Assembly: GCF_016432865.1 (NCBI RefSeq)
Contig: NC_067399.1
Span: 465,062,001 to 465,126,000, forward strand
Length of the DNA: 64,000 bases
Direction: 5' to 3'
Source of the DNA: Antechinus flavipes
Taxonomy: Eukaryota
Positions 48,816-62,540 of this stretch are shown here, one piece after another. Each line of letters opens with the position of its first letter. The stretch's first letter is position 1. The notes under the pieces were generated by a model, which was given only the letters and a program-made list of their open reading frames with translations, was not told the DNA's origin and did no database searches. Position numbers and translations under genes: made by a program.

Positions 48816-51800
48816 TAATAGGGATTAGACTTTTTCTGCTTGAACTTCCAGAGTGAACTTGAAACAATGGGTAGAAGTTGCAGAAAGACTAATCTGTATC
48901 TGTGTCCTAACTATATGACTGTGGAATAGGCTTTGTGGAAGAAATTTTGGATTATTCTTGCTTACTGAAGATCTTTGGTTAGAAACTGTATAACCAGTTC
49001 TCTGGGATGTTATAGAACAGCTTCCTTTTCAGAGAGAACTTTGGGCCAGATGGTCTCTTACTTCTTTTATGATTGAGATTCAATAGGAAGGGCTCTAACA
49101 CACTGAATTTTAGAATACAACTCATATTTCTTCAGCATTTAGAGGTTTACAAAGTGCTTTCCCAAAAACAGTCCTGGGAAGTTGTAAAGGGCTTTAAAAG
49201 CTAAAGATGGAAATTTATACTTTATTTTAGAGGCAACAGGAAGTCACTGGAGTTGGTTGAATAGGGGAGTGGTGACATGATCAGTTTTCAGCTTAAAGAA
49301 AATGACTTTGGGAAATGTGTGAAATTAATTGAGTGTTGAAAGACTTGAAGCCAGGGAACCAATTAGAAGGATGTGATAATCTAGGTGAAAAGTGATAAGG
49401 GCCTTACTAAGATGATAGCAATGTCAGAATAGAAAAGTGGTTGGGAGTAAGAGATGTGGTAAAGATAGAAATAGCAGTGTTTGGCAAGTGATTGATACAT
49501 GGAATGAGAAAACCATGGTGATGCCAAGGTAACAAATTTGGGAGCCTGGAAGGATAATGGTGTCTTCATCTCATGTGTCATGAGTCCCAACTTCTCCCAG
49601 TTCATCTGTAGGGGGTAGAGAGAGCAACAGTGTGTAACATTACACATGTTTGTCAGATTTTATTTCAGTGCATACTAGTCTTGTTTGGTTTCTTTTTTCT
49701 TTTCCCTCTTTTTCCTTTAAAAAATTCTTTATTATTCAGAATAACTCTCTAGGAAACGGGCAAGAGAGAGGGGAAGTTTAAGTAATGTAAAAACAAAAGA
49801 TATCAAAAAATTTTAAAGTGAAGTCATAAATATTTAGGTATTTCTTTTTATGATTTATATTGTTGGTTAATATGCTTAGTCCTAGAATCACTGTCAAAGA
49901 ATTTCAACATTTTAATTGCTTTCTTTGCCTAATTTGCTTTTAATTATTCTACTGACTTTGTCTCCCCCTTTTTCGATTTATCTTCCACATAAGTGATCTT
50001 AACTTATAAATCACAATATTACTGCCCTCTTCAAAAAGCTCTTGTAGCTCCCTATATGATGATGATGCCAATAATAGCTAACATTTATATAGCACTTACT
50101 ATGTATCAGGTACTCAAATGTTATCTCATTTAATCCTCATAACAATCTGGAGAGATGGTGCTATTATTATCCCCATTTTGCAAATAAAGAAACTGAGTTG
50201 AGCAACTTGCCTAGGATTACACAAATAGCAAGTATTTGAGGCCATTTTGAAGTTGGGACTTTCCGACTCCAGGCCCAATGCTCCATCTACTCTGAGTTCA
50301 AATTTAATAATTACCTCTGAGTTCAAATATAATCTCATCTGTTTGGCTTATAAAACCCTTTTACAAGCTGGCCCTGTGCCTCCTTTCCAGCCTTGTTATT
50401 CAATACCTCTTCCTTCTTGCTAATTTTCACATACAACATACTGCCTCCTGTCTTTATGCTTTCATACCAGCCCTTTCCCATGGAATGAATCTCTTTGATG
50501 TGTAGCACTTTCATATTTGAAAATATGACAGATCACAAAAGTACACATTTTTGGTAGTCCCGGTGACTAGTGTAGGACTTGATCTAATAGGCCCTTATTA
50601 ATTCATTTTTGATTGATTGTTGCTGACTCGACAATCAGATTGAGAAGTTTTCACAAAGTATATTTCAGTATGTCTTAAATTTAGTCATTTCAACAAAGGT
50701 GGGTACTTCCTTTATAGATAGGTCTATTTTATGAAATGGACTTTGTGATTTGAAGTAGTCATAAAGATTCATAATTTTCTGCTAAGGAATACCTCCAAAT
50801 GTAGCTGGGCTTATCCTTAGAAAAGACATATCCTCTTGCTGGGTTCAAGATCATATTCTTTCTAGATAGACATAGGGTCCATCGAAGCTCAATGAAAAAC
50901 CTCAGAAGAATCTTCATGGTAAGATGAAGCATTGGAATAGGATTTTAGTAATACAGAGCATTCTAAAGACTACACAGCTAGCAAATGACAAGCTGGTATT
51001 TGAACCCATATTCTCTAATGCCATACCAAGCTTTCTCTTTCTGAAACATCCCATATTGAATTAAATTAAATTAAACTAATGGATTGGGAGTTTATGTTAT
51101 GAATAAACTTGTTGTTTATCAGAATAACCCTAGGCTCAAAAACATATAGATAATCTCTTTTTTGTGTTTATCTCTTTTGGTTTTAACGTAAAATTGTGGT
51201 TCAATTCCCATTTCTTTTATTTCAAAGAATAATGTAATAAGTTTCTTGTTTCAGGCTTAAGTTTGACTATGGAGAACCTTGTGGACTTATGGAGTTTATG
51301 TTTTAAATCTAGTGACTTTTATTAACTTTGACATTTTTAGAAATTAAGAAATAGATTTTTAAAATTTTACTTTAGTTTCAATTAACAGGAATCTCATTTT
51401 TTTTCCCATACCATCTTCCCTTTATTGGGCAGAAAAAAAAAAAGAATAAAATCCTTGCATCAAATATGCATTGACAAGCAAAACAAACTCCCATAGTGAT
51501 CCTGTCCAAAAAATATCTTTCTTATTCTTCATCTTGAGTCATCACCTTTCTTATGTGGAGGTGATTAGCATGCTTCATCTTGAGTCCTCTAAAATCAAGG
51601 TTGGTCAATTATGTTGATTTCATCTCTTCAGTCTTTCAGAGTTTTTATCTTTACAATGTTGTTCCTATTGAATCAGAAGTAGAAGTTTAAATACTGTGAT
51701 TTACTATGCACAGAATCAGGAAATAGAATTTATAGCCTATAATTATCCTAGGTAGGTAGAGTTCTTTCAAATGGATTGTGCATTTTTTTGAAGCACAGAA

Positions 51801-52198
51801 TATTGAGGCACTGAATAACAACATTTTTTTTCATTGCCTAAAATATTGAATTCATTATTCTAATTAAGCAGTGATAATCCTGGAAAATTATTTTTTAAAA
51901 GACAATATATATTTCTTTTAAGAATTTCTTTATGACCCTTTTTATTTCAATGCAGTTTTATAAGAAGGAACTTGAATGTTAAATATGAAATAAAATTTGA
52001 ATAAAAATAATTAGCCATCTTGTTTATTGAGCTCAGTTTAGTTGTATTCAGTCAGAATTTTATTTTTCTTTTAAATGATGACTTATTGGGGCAGCAGATT
52101 TTTGGTAGACTTTTTTTTATAAAGATCTTTATGATTTTTGTTTTTCAGGAGTTTTTAAAATATTTAATCATTCATGAGTTGAGCTTCCTTCTTGAGTC

Positions 52199-52348
52199 AT
52201 GGATGACAAGGCCTCTGTTGGGAAAATCAGTGTCTCCTCAGACTCGGTATCAACTCTTAACAGTGAAGATTTTGTCTTGGTTTCCAGGCAAGGGGATGAA
52301 ACACCATCTACAAATAATGGTAGCGATGATGAGAAAACAGGACTGAAG
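52199..52348 (+). CDS. RABGAP1: RAB GTPase-activating protein 1, first coding exon (exon 52149-52348, 50 codons, phase 0)
   Basis: MDDKASVGKISVSSDSVSTLNSEDFVLVSRQGDETPSTNNGSDDEKTGLK is identical to the recalled human N-terminus; acceptor tttttcag|G at 52148/52149; donor AAG|gtaaga at 52348/52349. The next exon is not in the window. Confidence 0.95.
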
Positions 52349-53799
52349 GTAAGAATTCTGACCCTAAGTTTATTATGCTTTCCTCTAAGTGGAACTTACT
52401 CATGACCATTTGACTTGAAAACATTGGAATTGATATTTTTGTCAGTAAATTTCTTTTCCACTTAAATGAATTTGATGGAATTTTTGTTTGATTAAAGACT
52501 TCCTCATTGATCTTTTTCTGCTTAATCATGCAGTAGTCATAACTATCAAAATCACTTGTTGCAAGACAAGCATTTGTATCATCTTAGCATTTTTATGACT
52601 CCTATAATGATAATAGCTCACATTTATGTGGTATTTTACAGGTTAGACAGTAATTTGCTTCAGAAACCATTTATTTGCCATTTTTATCTACAATTAAATA
52701 GAAACTATTCCTCCTGCCTCTATATTACTCTCATCATCAATCTTGAGCTTCAGCTCAAGAAGCCAACAGCTTATGAATGTCAGCCAGCTAGTCAGTCAAG
52801 GAGCAGATGCTACAATCTAGGTCTTCCATATCCCACACCCAACATTCTTCTCTGAGTCATAATGTACTGCAATGCATGAAGAAGATTTGGAGGAAAGTAT
52901 TTGTTTTCTTTAGGGCCTAATGTATCTTATAAAAGGACAGTGCCATTTATTAAATTAAGTTTTAGATTTACTAAAATAACTTTAAATATTTGACCTTTTT
53001 AACCACTTTCTTTTATTTTCCCATTGCTATACAACTTTACTTTTCTTATATACCATTGCCATCTTGCTTCTTGGGGTGTCAAGGAGTTGGAGTTGTGATA
53101 CCATGTTGCATTCATGGTTAAAGTTAGAAAGGAATTTACATGTCATTTAAGTCCACTTCTTGTGTTACAAATAAAGAAACTGAGGCTCAGAAAGTGATTT
53201 GCCCAAGTTATATAGCTTAATAAGTAACACAGGTAGGAGGTGAACAATGTCCACTGATCTCAGTTGTAACTGTTTTTCCATAGTACCAGGCTATGATTTT
53301 ATTAGAATGTTTAGAAAAAAATCATAGTTTTAAAAATCTTGCCATTCTTATCACCATCAGAAAAGAGCTTCTTCTCAAATACCAAATAACTTGTCCCTTT
53401 TTTTCTTTGATTTGAAAGTTTCTCTTTAAGAATCATAATAGTACAGTAACTTATTGAGTTGAACTTATTAAATTCAGGCATATGAATATTGGGCCTAGAA
53501 TCACGAAGATCTGAGTTTAAATCTGATCTCAAATACTAACTATATAACCTTAGTCAAGTTACTTTACCTCTCTTTTCTTCAGTTTCTCCAACTACAAAAT
53601 GAGAATGATAGTAACACTTGCCTCCCAGGGTTGTTGTGAGGAAAAGTGAGATATTTGTGAAGCACTTAAAACAGTCCAAGTATTATATAAATGTTATTGT
53701 TGTTATTATTGTTATATCACATATAATCATTTTAATTTCTTGCCCTTTTGCAACTAAGGAACATTTTGTAGATAGTAGTAAAGAAACAGTATCTGCCAG

Positions 53800-53960
53800 C
53801 TAAGGGGAGGGAGTGGTGGGAAGGAGGGGAAATTTTGGAACAAAAGGTTATGCAAGGGTCAATGTTGCAAAAATTACCCATGCATATGCTTTGTGAATAA
53901 AAAACTTTAATAATAAAAAAGCATAATAAAATAAAATAAAATATATAAAAAAAATAAATA
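53800..53960 (+). mobile_element. Short L1 3' end with A-rich tail
   Basis: gggaaattttggaacaaaaggttatgcaagggtcaatgttgcaaaaattacccatgcatatg...aataaaaaactttaataataaaaaa is typical of a younger marsupial L1 3' UTR. Confidence 0.75.
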
Positions 53961-53964
53961 AACA

Positions 53965-56500
53965 TGAGGCACTTAATAAGTGGGAAACAAAAATAGACAA
54001 AGGCTGTCTCTGCCCTCAAGAAGCTCAAAAGCTAATAGGGAAGGACTATAAACAACTGTATAAAATAAGTTGTGTGCAAGATAAGTAGAAACAATTAAGG
54101 GAAGGAAGGAGCTAGAATTAAAAAGGGTTGGGAAAAGACTGCCTGTAGAAAATAGGATTTTCATTGGAACTTAAAAAAAGCCATTAAGGAAGAATAGGAG
54201 GGAGAGCATTACAGGCATTAGAGAGAGCCAGGGAAAAAAAAGGTTCAAAGCCTTTCGTTCAAAGAATGAAGTATCTTGTTCTAGGCCTCCTATCAAGGAG
54301 GCCAGATCTATTGGATTAAAGAATACATGGTGAAGAGAAAGGAATAAAAAGCCTGAAAAGGTAAAAGGGATTAGATTATGAAGAACTTTGAATATCATAT
54401 AGAGAATATTATATTTAATCCTGAGTTCAACAGGGAGTCACTAGAGTTTATTAATAAAGGAGTGATATAGTCAAAATTGCCATTTAGAAAAATTATTTTG
54501 GTGGTTAACTGGTGAATAAATTGGAGTGGAGAAAAAACTTGAAGTTGGGACATCCACCTGCTAGCAGGTTTTTGTAGTAGTCTAGGCATGAGTTGATGAG
54601 AACCTGTATCAGAGTGACTGCACTGTCAGAGAAGAAAAAGGGACATATTCAGAAAGTGTTGCAGTGAAATAAACAGACCTTGGCAACATCTTGGATATGG
54701 GAGGTGAGAGATGGTCAAGGATGTCACTTTGGTGTGAGCCTGAGATACTGGGAGTATGATATTACCTGTACAGTAATAGGGAAAACAGAAATTGAGAAGA
54801 CTTTAAAGGGAAAGATAAAGAGTTCATTTTAGGACATGTTGAATTTTAGATGTCTGCTTATTACCTAGTTCAGATGTCTGAAAGATAGTTGGAGTGGAGA
54901 GATTCGAGATAGATTTGAGAATTGTTATCATAAAGATGATAATTAAATCCTTAAAAGCTGATGAGATCACTAAATGAAGTCGTAAGAGGTAAAGGAGAAG
55001 AGAGCCCAGGATAGAACCCCTGGAGTTTCTAACCCATGGTTAAATGGTATGAACAGAATGAGGATCCATTAAGGAGACTGAGAAGGAACAGTAGTAGTAG
55101 AAGGTGATAGAAAAGAATATTTGAGAGGAGAGAGTGATCAGCAATGTCAGAGGTTTCAGCGAGGTCTTGGAGGATGAAAATTAAGAAAAGGCCACTGGGC
55201 CTCCTACATTAGTAGGAGAGAATAGTTTCAGTAGAATAATTAGGTTGGAAGCCAAATTGTAAAGGATTAAGAAGAGAGAAAATATGTTACACACAATCTT
55301 TTCAAAAAATTTAGCTATAAAGAGCAAAAGAGATATAGGACAGTAGCAGGAATAGAAGGATCAAATGAGGATTTCTCTTTTCTTCCTTCCCTTCCCTCCA
55401 GCACCTTCCTCCCTCCTTCCCCATTGGAAGGGAAGACATGTTTGTAGACAGTAAGTTAAGGAGCTAGTAGACAGGGAGAGATTGAAAAATAAGTGAAAGA
55501 CTAAGAATAACATAGGAGTAAATCTGTTAAGAGGAGTTTGGATAGGATGAGATCACTACAGGAAAGTTTCTTAAACTTTTTCCATTCATGAACTTTTTTT
55601 AACTGAGAAATTTTTACACAACCCCAAGGATATAAGTATACAAATCATATATTTATGATAATAATTCATAATTTTAGACGCTATATAGGGGCATGCTTCC
55701 CATTTAAAGAAGCTTTAGGAAGGAGTTATCCTTGATAACAACTACTAAGGTTGCTTATGAGATAAGGATAAATGAGGGAATAGGAGCAAAAGGCATATAA
55801 GTGATTGGAGATGAGGAAGAGAGGAGAAGAAGCTCATTAAAAAATGATCTCAGCTTTTTCTGAAAATATGAGACAAGGTTCTCATCTGGGAGACTTAGAG
55901 GGAAAGGAGCCATGAGAGGTTTGAGGAGGAATGAAAAAGTTTGGAAGAGCTGTGGAGAGTTGGAATAGTGAGTTTTTGAGGAAGTTTAATAGGATTGCCT
56001 AACAGCAGTGAGGTCCCTGTTGAGATTATAAAACATAAATTTGTAGTACACCTAGTTAGAATGGTTACTTGGTTTTCTCTATCTTCATTCAGCAGCTCTT
56101 ATGTAAGAATAATGAGAGTAATGCAGAGATACAAAGTATTTGGCAAGGTATAATTAGCAAAACAATAAAGAAGCTAGAAAGTCAAAGGAAGAAAACAATC
56201 TAGAGTTGAATTGGTTCAATAAAGGGTCAAGATGGGGAAAAGAGGAGAGTGTGCTAATGCAGGGAATATAACCTGGGAGAGAACCTGGGTTCCTGGGATT
56301 AGAGACCACAATGTGGGCAGAATGAGAAGTAGAAAGCCAATAGCTTATGTTCAGATAAAGAGACTGGAATTATTGAACAAGGGGGTGGTACATTTGTGAG
56401 TGATTAAACCCTTTGTGTTTGACAGAGATGGGTAGAGAGGAATAAGTCATGGGAAGTGAGAAGAACTAAGGAAGTTAAGGTGTTTGAGGGAGAGTTTTAA
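53965..56500 (-). mobile_element. Long L2 relic (~2.5 kb)
   Basis: Begins with an L2 3'-end match (gcacttaataag...tctctgccctcaagaagctc) and continues as L2 ORF2-like antisense sequence. Confidence 0.7.
55564..55715. mobile_element. hAT-type MITE nested in L2
   Basis: Imperfect terminal inverted repeats aaagtttcttaaa (55563-55575) and tttaaagaagcttt (55703-55716). Confidence 0.5.
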
Positions 56501-56657
56501 TATATGTTGGTAGGCTTATAGGAATGTCATCTAAATCTTTGGATTAGTTACTAATGAATCTTAAGGGAACTTTTCTTACTCCACTATGAAATCTGGCTTA
56601 TATGCATTTAATAGCAAATTAATTCTACAAATTCTATTGTACTTCCCCAAGTGTTTT

Positions 56658-56772
56658 TTTTGTTTTTGTTTTTGTTTTTGTTTTTTTTAGATCTCTAGAA
56701 GCAAAGCAAAGTTTATTTACATTCTCGAGAACGGGCGTCCCACCAATCAAGCAGATAATCGAAGGGAGGAGG
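56658..56772 (-). mobile_element. Short polyadenylated retrocopy with 12-bp TSD (ERV-LTR-like 3' end)
   Basis: TSD CCCAAGTGTTTT at 56646-56657 and 56773-56784; minus-strand AATAAA (56717-56712) lies 23 nt before an A-rich tail (56688-56658). Confidence 0.8.
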
Positions 56773-59229
56773 CCCAAGTGTTTTCATATAAGATAAAATA
56801 GAATTTATATAGAAATAAATAGAATTATGTTCTATTTATAGATATACTATAAATATAATAATATAGTAAATAAATAGAATTTATATAGAAACCTATATGG
56901 AAGAGTTGGAAAATTAGTTGAGTTACAGGTGACCTTGAGAAAGTCTTTTGATATCTGTCACTGAGAGGCATCTTACAGGAGATATTCATTTGTATTCTCT
57001 GGATTATTCAGGATGCAGAATCCTTTAGAGTAAAGAGCCCAGGGCCAGTGTTCAAAAGATATGAATTCAGTCACTGCTACCAGTTAGGGAATTTTAGGCA
57101 AGTGTCCTCCTCTGTTTCTGTTTTTTTCATCTTTGAAATGAGATGATCGTACTATATGATTATTATATTTTTTGACATTTTACATTTTAAGCAGTACCTC
57201 AGTATTCACACTTGTTATAGTGGAGGAAAGTGGGCAAGACTTTTGGAATTTTCTTTGTGAAAGCCAAATATTTTTGAATGGATCTATTTGCCTTTTCTTT
57301 AATATGCACAAAGTGTATTTTACAAATTTTAGGGCTTGAATCAATCCCAATATAAGGGCTTACCTTTTCCCCCTTTTACCTTCTGTATATATAAGTAGTG
57401 TAATAATTATGGCAGCATTGTTATTCTTAGCAGGACCAGAAATTTTATGAGACAAGATGCAAAGAGATGCATAAAAAAATTATTTCATTTACATGCTGTG
57501 GCCATGATTGTTGTGAAGAAGGCAAGGCACTTGAGAGTACTAAATAAATGTTGAGCAAGAGGAGTTATTTACAACTTCTCTAGTCCCAGTTTTTTTATCT
57601 ATAAAATGAGGCTAATGAAACTTATACTCCATTTTCATAAGATTATTTATAAAAACAGTGTTTTGTATATCTCAGAGTTATTGGCTTGTTTTTATTATTT
57701 TTAAGAGACAAGATATAATACCATGGCAATGGTACTAAGGCCTCTTTCTATTTCATAGGGTTACAATGAGAATTAAATTACTATTTATGCAAATGTTTGG
57801 GGACTTAGAAATTATTCTGAAATCTGGAATGGTTCTATTAAATTGAATTTTAAATTTAGTTTAATTCATCAGAATTCATTCCTTAGGACAGTCTCTGCCC
57901 TCTCTTCAGCATTCTGGCTATGTAATCTAGTAAGAGTTTTCTGTTTTGGGGGTTGTTACTACTAAATTTTAAATAACTTCTTCTTTCGCAAGACATTTTG
58001 CCAACCCATATCAGAAATAGAGATATTTCTTCAAAAGAGGATGAGAAAAGCAATTATCTAAGAGAATACTATCTCAGTGATCTCTTTATGGTCAAGGCCC
58101 TTAAAATTTAGCTACCAACTGCTGGTGATTCCTAGGAGACTAAAGTCTATTCAAGAACATCCTGAGTTTTCTGACTTGAGATGTTAAACAAAGGGATTAG
58201 TTAGTTGGAAGGGAATTCTCCAAACTTTATGAAAAAAAAAAAAAAAGAAAAGAAACACAAATAAAATTTTATCTCCTCCCACCTAGAAATGCCTAAATCA
58301 TAATTTCCCAACCTGTTCCCAGAACTATCATGTTTAGCCTAAAATGGCCAGGGATTCAATTCTGGCAGTATTTTCCCACTAAATATGAAATTAAGTTCTT
58401 TTCTACTTTGGACTTGTGATTGTACAAGTGTGGGTAATTACTTCTTCCACCAGTACAGATTTAGTGCCTCTAAACTATTTTGTCCAACTAAATCCTCTGT
58501 GAAGGATCTACCCAAAGTGCTGGATTCCTTTAATGATTAATATACAAGCTATCAATTTTATCATTCCTTCACCTTCTCACTTCTTTTACCACCTTACATT
58601 TCCTTGATATTCTCTTCATTGTTTCCCTATGGATAACCTATGATTTCAATCTTCTGAGATTGTGTTGGCTCATACTACACAGCTATTTAATATCACCAGG
58701 GTCATGTTAGTTTTTAAAAGGCTACTTTTTTTTTGTTTGTTTTATTTTGGTTTGGTGGGGGAGGGGGAAATTTGAGGGTCAAGAGCTGCAAGTGATCAAA
58801 CCTGCTCTCCTTCTATTCAATATTAAACCTAGATTTCTATCCATAGTGTCTCTCTAGTGGATAAACTTAGTGGGCTGATATCTGGGTTATAAGCCTATTG
58901 TGTCTATTTTATTTTTTATCTGTGGCTTACTAGACTTTTAAATTTAATTTATTTTAACTATAAATTTTTCCATTTTCTTTCTATTTATAATCTCATGGGA
59001 TATTCTAGTTCTTCCATATTTATATTTTTTATCAGTGTATATCAGGTGCTCTAAGGCCATATGAGTCTGTGAAACACTGAGTTATTTAGTCATTTAAATT
59101 AGCCAGTTTTTTTGACATGATTTTTCATTTTCTTTTAAATCACTTTTGAAAGGCATTCTGATAATATTCAAGAAATATGACTCTTGACCTAAGTAGAATT
59201 TGAAGTCACGTGAATATTACCAGTACTTT

Positions 59230-61700
59230 TCCAATCTAATCAGTATTTATTACCTACTTCATGCCAAGTTCTGTGCTAGGCCCTGGAATATACCCAAAAA
59301 AAGTACACAAATGAAATAGTTCCTACATGTATGAGCTTTCATTCCATTGAGAAAGACAAGTATAAATAAATATATATGTGACCCAAATGTTTAATAGATA
59401 TAGATGTATGTATACATATATACATATACATATAAAATAGTTAAATAAATGACAGTTTGGGGAGGATGATAGTTCTAGTATTTGAAAGAATCAGGAAAAG
59501 CTTTATGTCTCCGGGTAATACCAGAGCTTAATGAGAAGAGCTCTGAGGTATAAATGGAAGGAGTACATTATAGTCTTGTGGCACAATGTTGGGAGATGGA
59601 ATGTTGTGAGTGAGAAGCAGGGAAAAGACAAGTTTGGTTAAATTACCAAGCATGAGGAAAATAGTATACCCAGTGAATTTGGAAATGTAGATGAGGGGCA
59701 TATTGCAAAGGGTTAACCTTTGTCAGAATTAGGAAAGTTTGGGAGAGGGATAGTTTAGAAGGAAAAGTAATGAATTCATTTTTAGACATATTAAACTGTC
59801 AAATAGTCTTAAAGATATTCAGTTTTAAAATGTTTAATAGCCAATTGATGATGTGGAACTCTTATCTAAGGGACAGATTGGTGCTGGATATGTATACCTG
59901 GGAGTCATCCATGGGAATTGAAAAGATTACCAAAAGAATGTATAAAAGGAGAAGGGAAGAGGACCCAAGATACAACTTTAGGAAATTACCATGGTTAAAG
60001 GATGTGGTGTGCATAATGAGTCAAAAAAAAAAAAGAAAGAAAGAAAGAAATTGAGAAGGAACATTCATACAAGTAGGAGGTAAACCAGAAGAGAGTAGGG
60101 TTTCAAAAACCCAAAGATAAAAGTATTCAAAATGGAAAGGGGTATCAATATTATCAAATGCAGCAAATAGGTTGATAAAAGTCCATCTGATTTGGCAATT
60201 AAGAGATCACTAGTAACTTTAGAGAAAACAGTTTCAGTTGAATGATGGTGAAAGCCAGATTATAGCAGGTCGAGTGTGAGGAAAGGAAGCAGAAATAATG
60301 AATATAGATAACTTTTCCCAAGCAGTTTGGTTGCACAAAGGAGAAGTGTAGTAAATGATTGTTTATTGGGGGGAGGGTTGTTTTAGTTTAGGAAAGTCTT
60401 GAGATTTCTTTCAGGATAATAGGGGGAAAAGTTTTTAAGGGGAGCTAAAGATTCAAGAGAGGGGAGGATCATTGAGTATGAAATCTGCTGGAGAAGATGG
60501 GAGTAGAACCAAATGCACATATATGGGAAGGTCAGTCTTTCCAAAGAGAGGGTCCATTTTTTTTCCATCATAGATTGGGGAAAAGGAAGAGAGAGAAAGT
60601 TGATGTTAGAGGATTTTGAGATAAGAATTGGAGCAAAGAGAACTTATGTCAAATGACCTGAGTTTTTCCACTGAAGTAAACAGGCAAATTATTCAATAGA
60701 AAATGTGATGGTGGAAGGAAGTGTGAAGGAACTTCAGGAGAGGAGAGAAGGTTTACAGTATGTGTTGGGGGAATGACTTGGAAAAACAAAAGGACTTTCT
60801 TGTAGTGAGGGCCCAGTTAAGATTGGATAACATGAATTTGTAATGTATCCGATGAATAAAGTTGTGAAAATTTCTCCAACTTCATTCAACAGCTCATGAG
60901 CAAAACTGAGAGATACAACTAATGAGAATAATGTAGGGTTAGATATTTATTAAAAGAAAACCATCATTTGGGCTAGGGATCAATGGATTTGAAAACAGAA
61001 GATAGTGTGAAATTGAAGTTGAGATTGGGAGGAGAGTGAAGTCAGAGAAAGGATAATATCCTGAGAAGGTACTGAGGGATGAGAAGAGATACAGGAATGT
61101 AAGGAAAGAGGGAATAATGATAGTGATCATAAGATATGAGAATGTCAGTTTCTAATTAGGAAGTGTGCATAATGACATTTTGAAGGATATTCTGAGGTCT
61201 CTTCCAATAGAGAGGTTGAGTGACAAAATGTTCATTCCACACTTAATAATGGCAAAATTTAATGTGTGATCCTATATGTAGCTGAAGTGGATTGGAGTAC
61301 ATTATGAAGTTGAGGAAATGGAGATTACAGAGTTTGAAGGAATATCTACATAAATATTAACATCCCAGTATACAGTAGGAGTTAGGGAGGAAAATGATGT
61401 GGTTAGCCAGATGCTAAACTTCTTATTTAAAGAGAGACTTAGAGGCCAAAATACTATGGTTAATATTATTTTGATTGGGTGGAAAATTGTATCTATCACG
61501 AACTTCTTCAACAAAGAAAAGGTTGTTGAATAAGGCAACAAAAGGAGAATCTGGAAATGATAATAGGGAAAAATGACCATTGTGGCAAAAGAATGTGAGA
61601 GAAGGTATAACCTGTAGAGGAAAGGATACCTAGGGATGCAATGTCATCAGAGGAGAATCAGGTGCCTTTTGGGGCTAATGGATGACACCAGTACCTCAGA
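59230..61700 (-). mobile_element. Long L2 relic extending towards the endonuclease region
   Basis: L2 3'-end match near 59240; translation ...FSIWLTTSFSSLTPTVYWDVNIYVDIPSN resembles the APE-domain (ILGDFNIH.D.PSN-like) segment. Confidence 0.65.
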
Positions 61701-62354
61701 TGTGATCTTTTTTGTCCTCATTGCATATCGAGAAGGTAAGGAAATGGGTCAGTGTTTATCTTCATTTATAGTTGAAATATAACTCAGAAATAAAGAAATT
61801 TAGTGATTTGAATAAAACCACATAACAATAAGTGAATAAAATTATAAATAGTAACTAAATCTTCCACTGGCTGACTCCAGTCTTCAGAATTAGTATGTGA
61901 AATTTCTTCATCTGTGCAGAATATTTAAAGTGTTTGCCTCATGACTACATTAGATTTATTTTTTTTTTTTTTATGGCTCAGCTTTAATTTTAATTTTGTG
62001 ACTAAAGATGTTACTCAATTTGAACCTTTTCCTGTTAATATTGTGGTATGATCTAGGAAATGAGAATTGGGGTGTTTTGAGAAACTGTATAATGTACCTT
62101 ACTCATGGGTTGCAGCTTAAGACTTTTAGCACTCCCGTTTTACTTCTTTCATACTAAAAAGGTTTATCTTATTAGTCAACTCACATGAACTAATAGTCTG
62201 ACCTCTTAAGATTTTTGACTTTGTGAATGAGTGTTTACATGGAAGTAAATTCTTTTAAGTGAAATTGCAGAAATTAGACCTGACAGCCATAAATTAATGA
62301 CATTAACTTAGAGTTAGAATTGAGATACACCCTCACAGCTCTTGCTGTAATTTA

Positions 62355-62540
62355 GTACAGTGGTGTCAGAGTGAAATGGCGGACCATTAAACCAGACGTA
62401 AGGATCTCTACAGCCTACCTACTGACTTAGAAAACCATGTATTAATATTGTCTGTATTTTATCATATTTTATTTCTAATTATATTTTAATTTGATTCAGG
62501 CTATGCCAGGAAGTATTGTAGCTACATACCATAACGAAGA
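62355..62540 (+). mobile_element. hAT-type MITE
   Basis: cagtggtgtcaga...cattaaaccagacgtaaggatctct...gacttagaaaaccatgtattaat; same family as 15280-15480. Confidence 0.5.

Noticed and set aside
50558-50698. Possible 141-nt cassette exon in RABGAP1 intron 1 (AG at 50556-50557, AAG|GTGGGT donor)
   Set aside because: The polypyrimidine tract is weak and nothing else supports it.
52349-52405. Read-through tail of the RABGAP1 ORF (VRILTLS...)
   Set aside because: It starts at a consensus GTAAGA donor, so it is intron.
56790-56895. AT-rich imperfect repeats of ataaatagaatttatatagaa next to the retrocopy
   Set aside because: Ordinary slippage-type low-complexity sequence outside the TSD.
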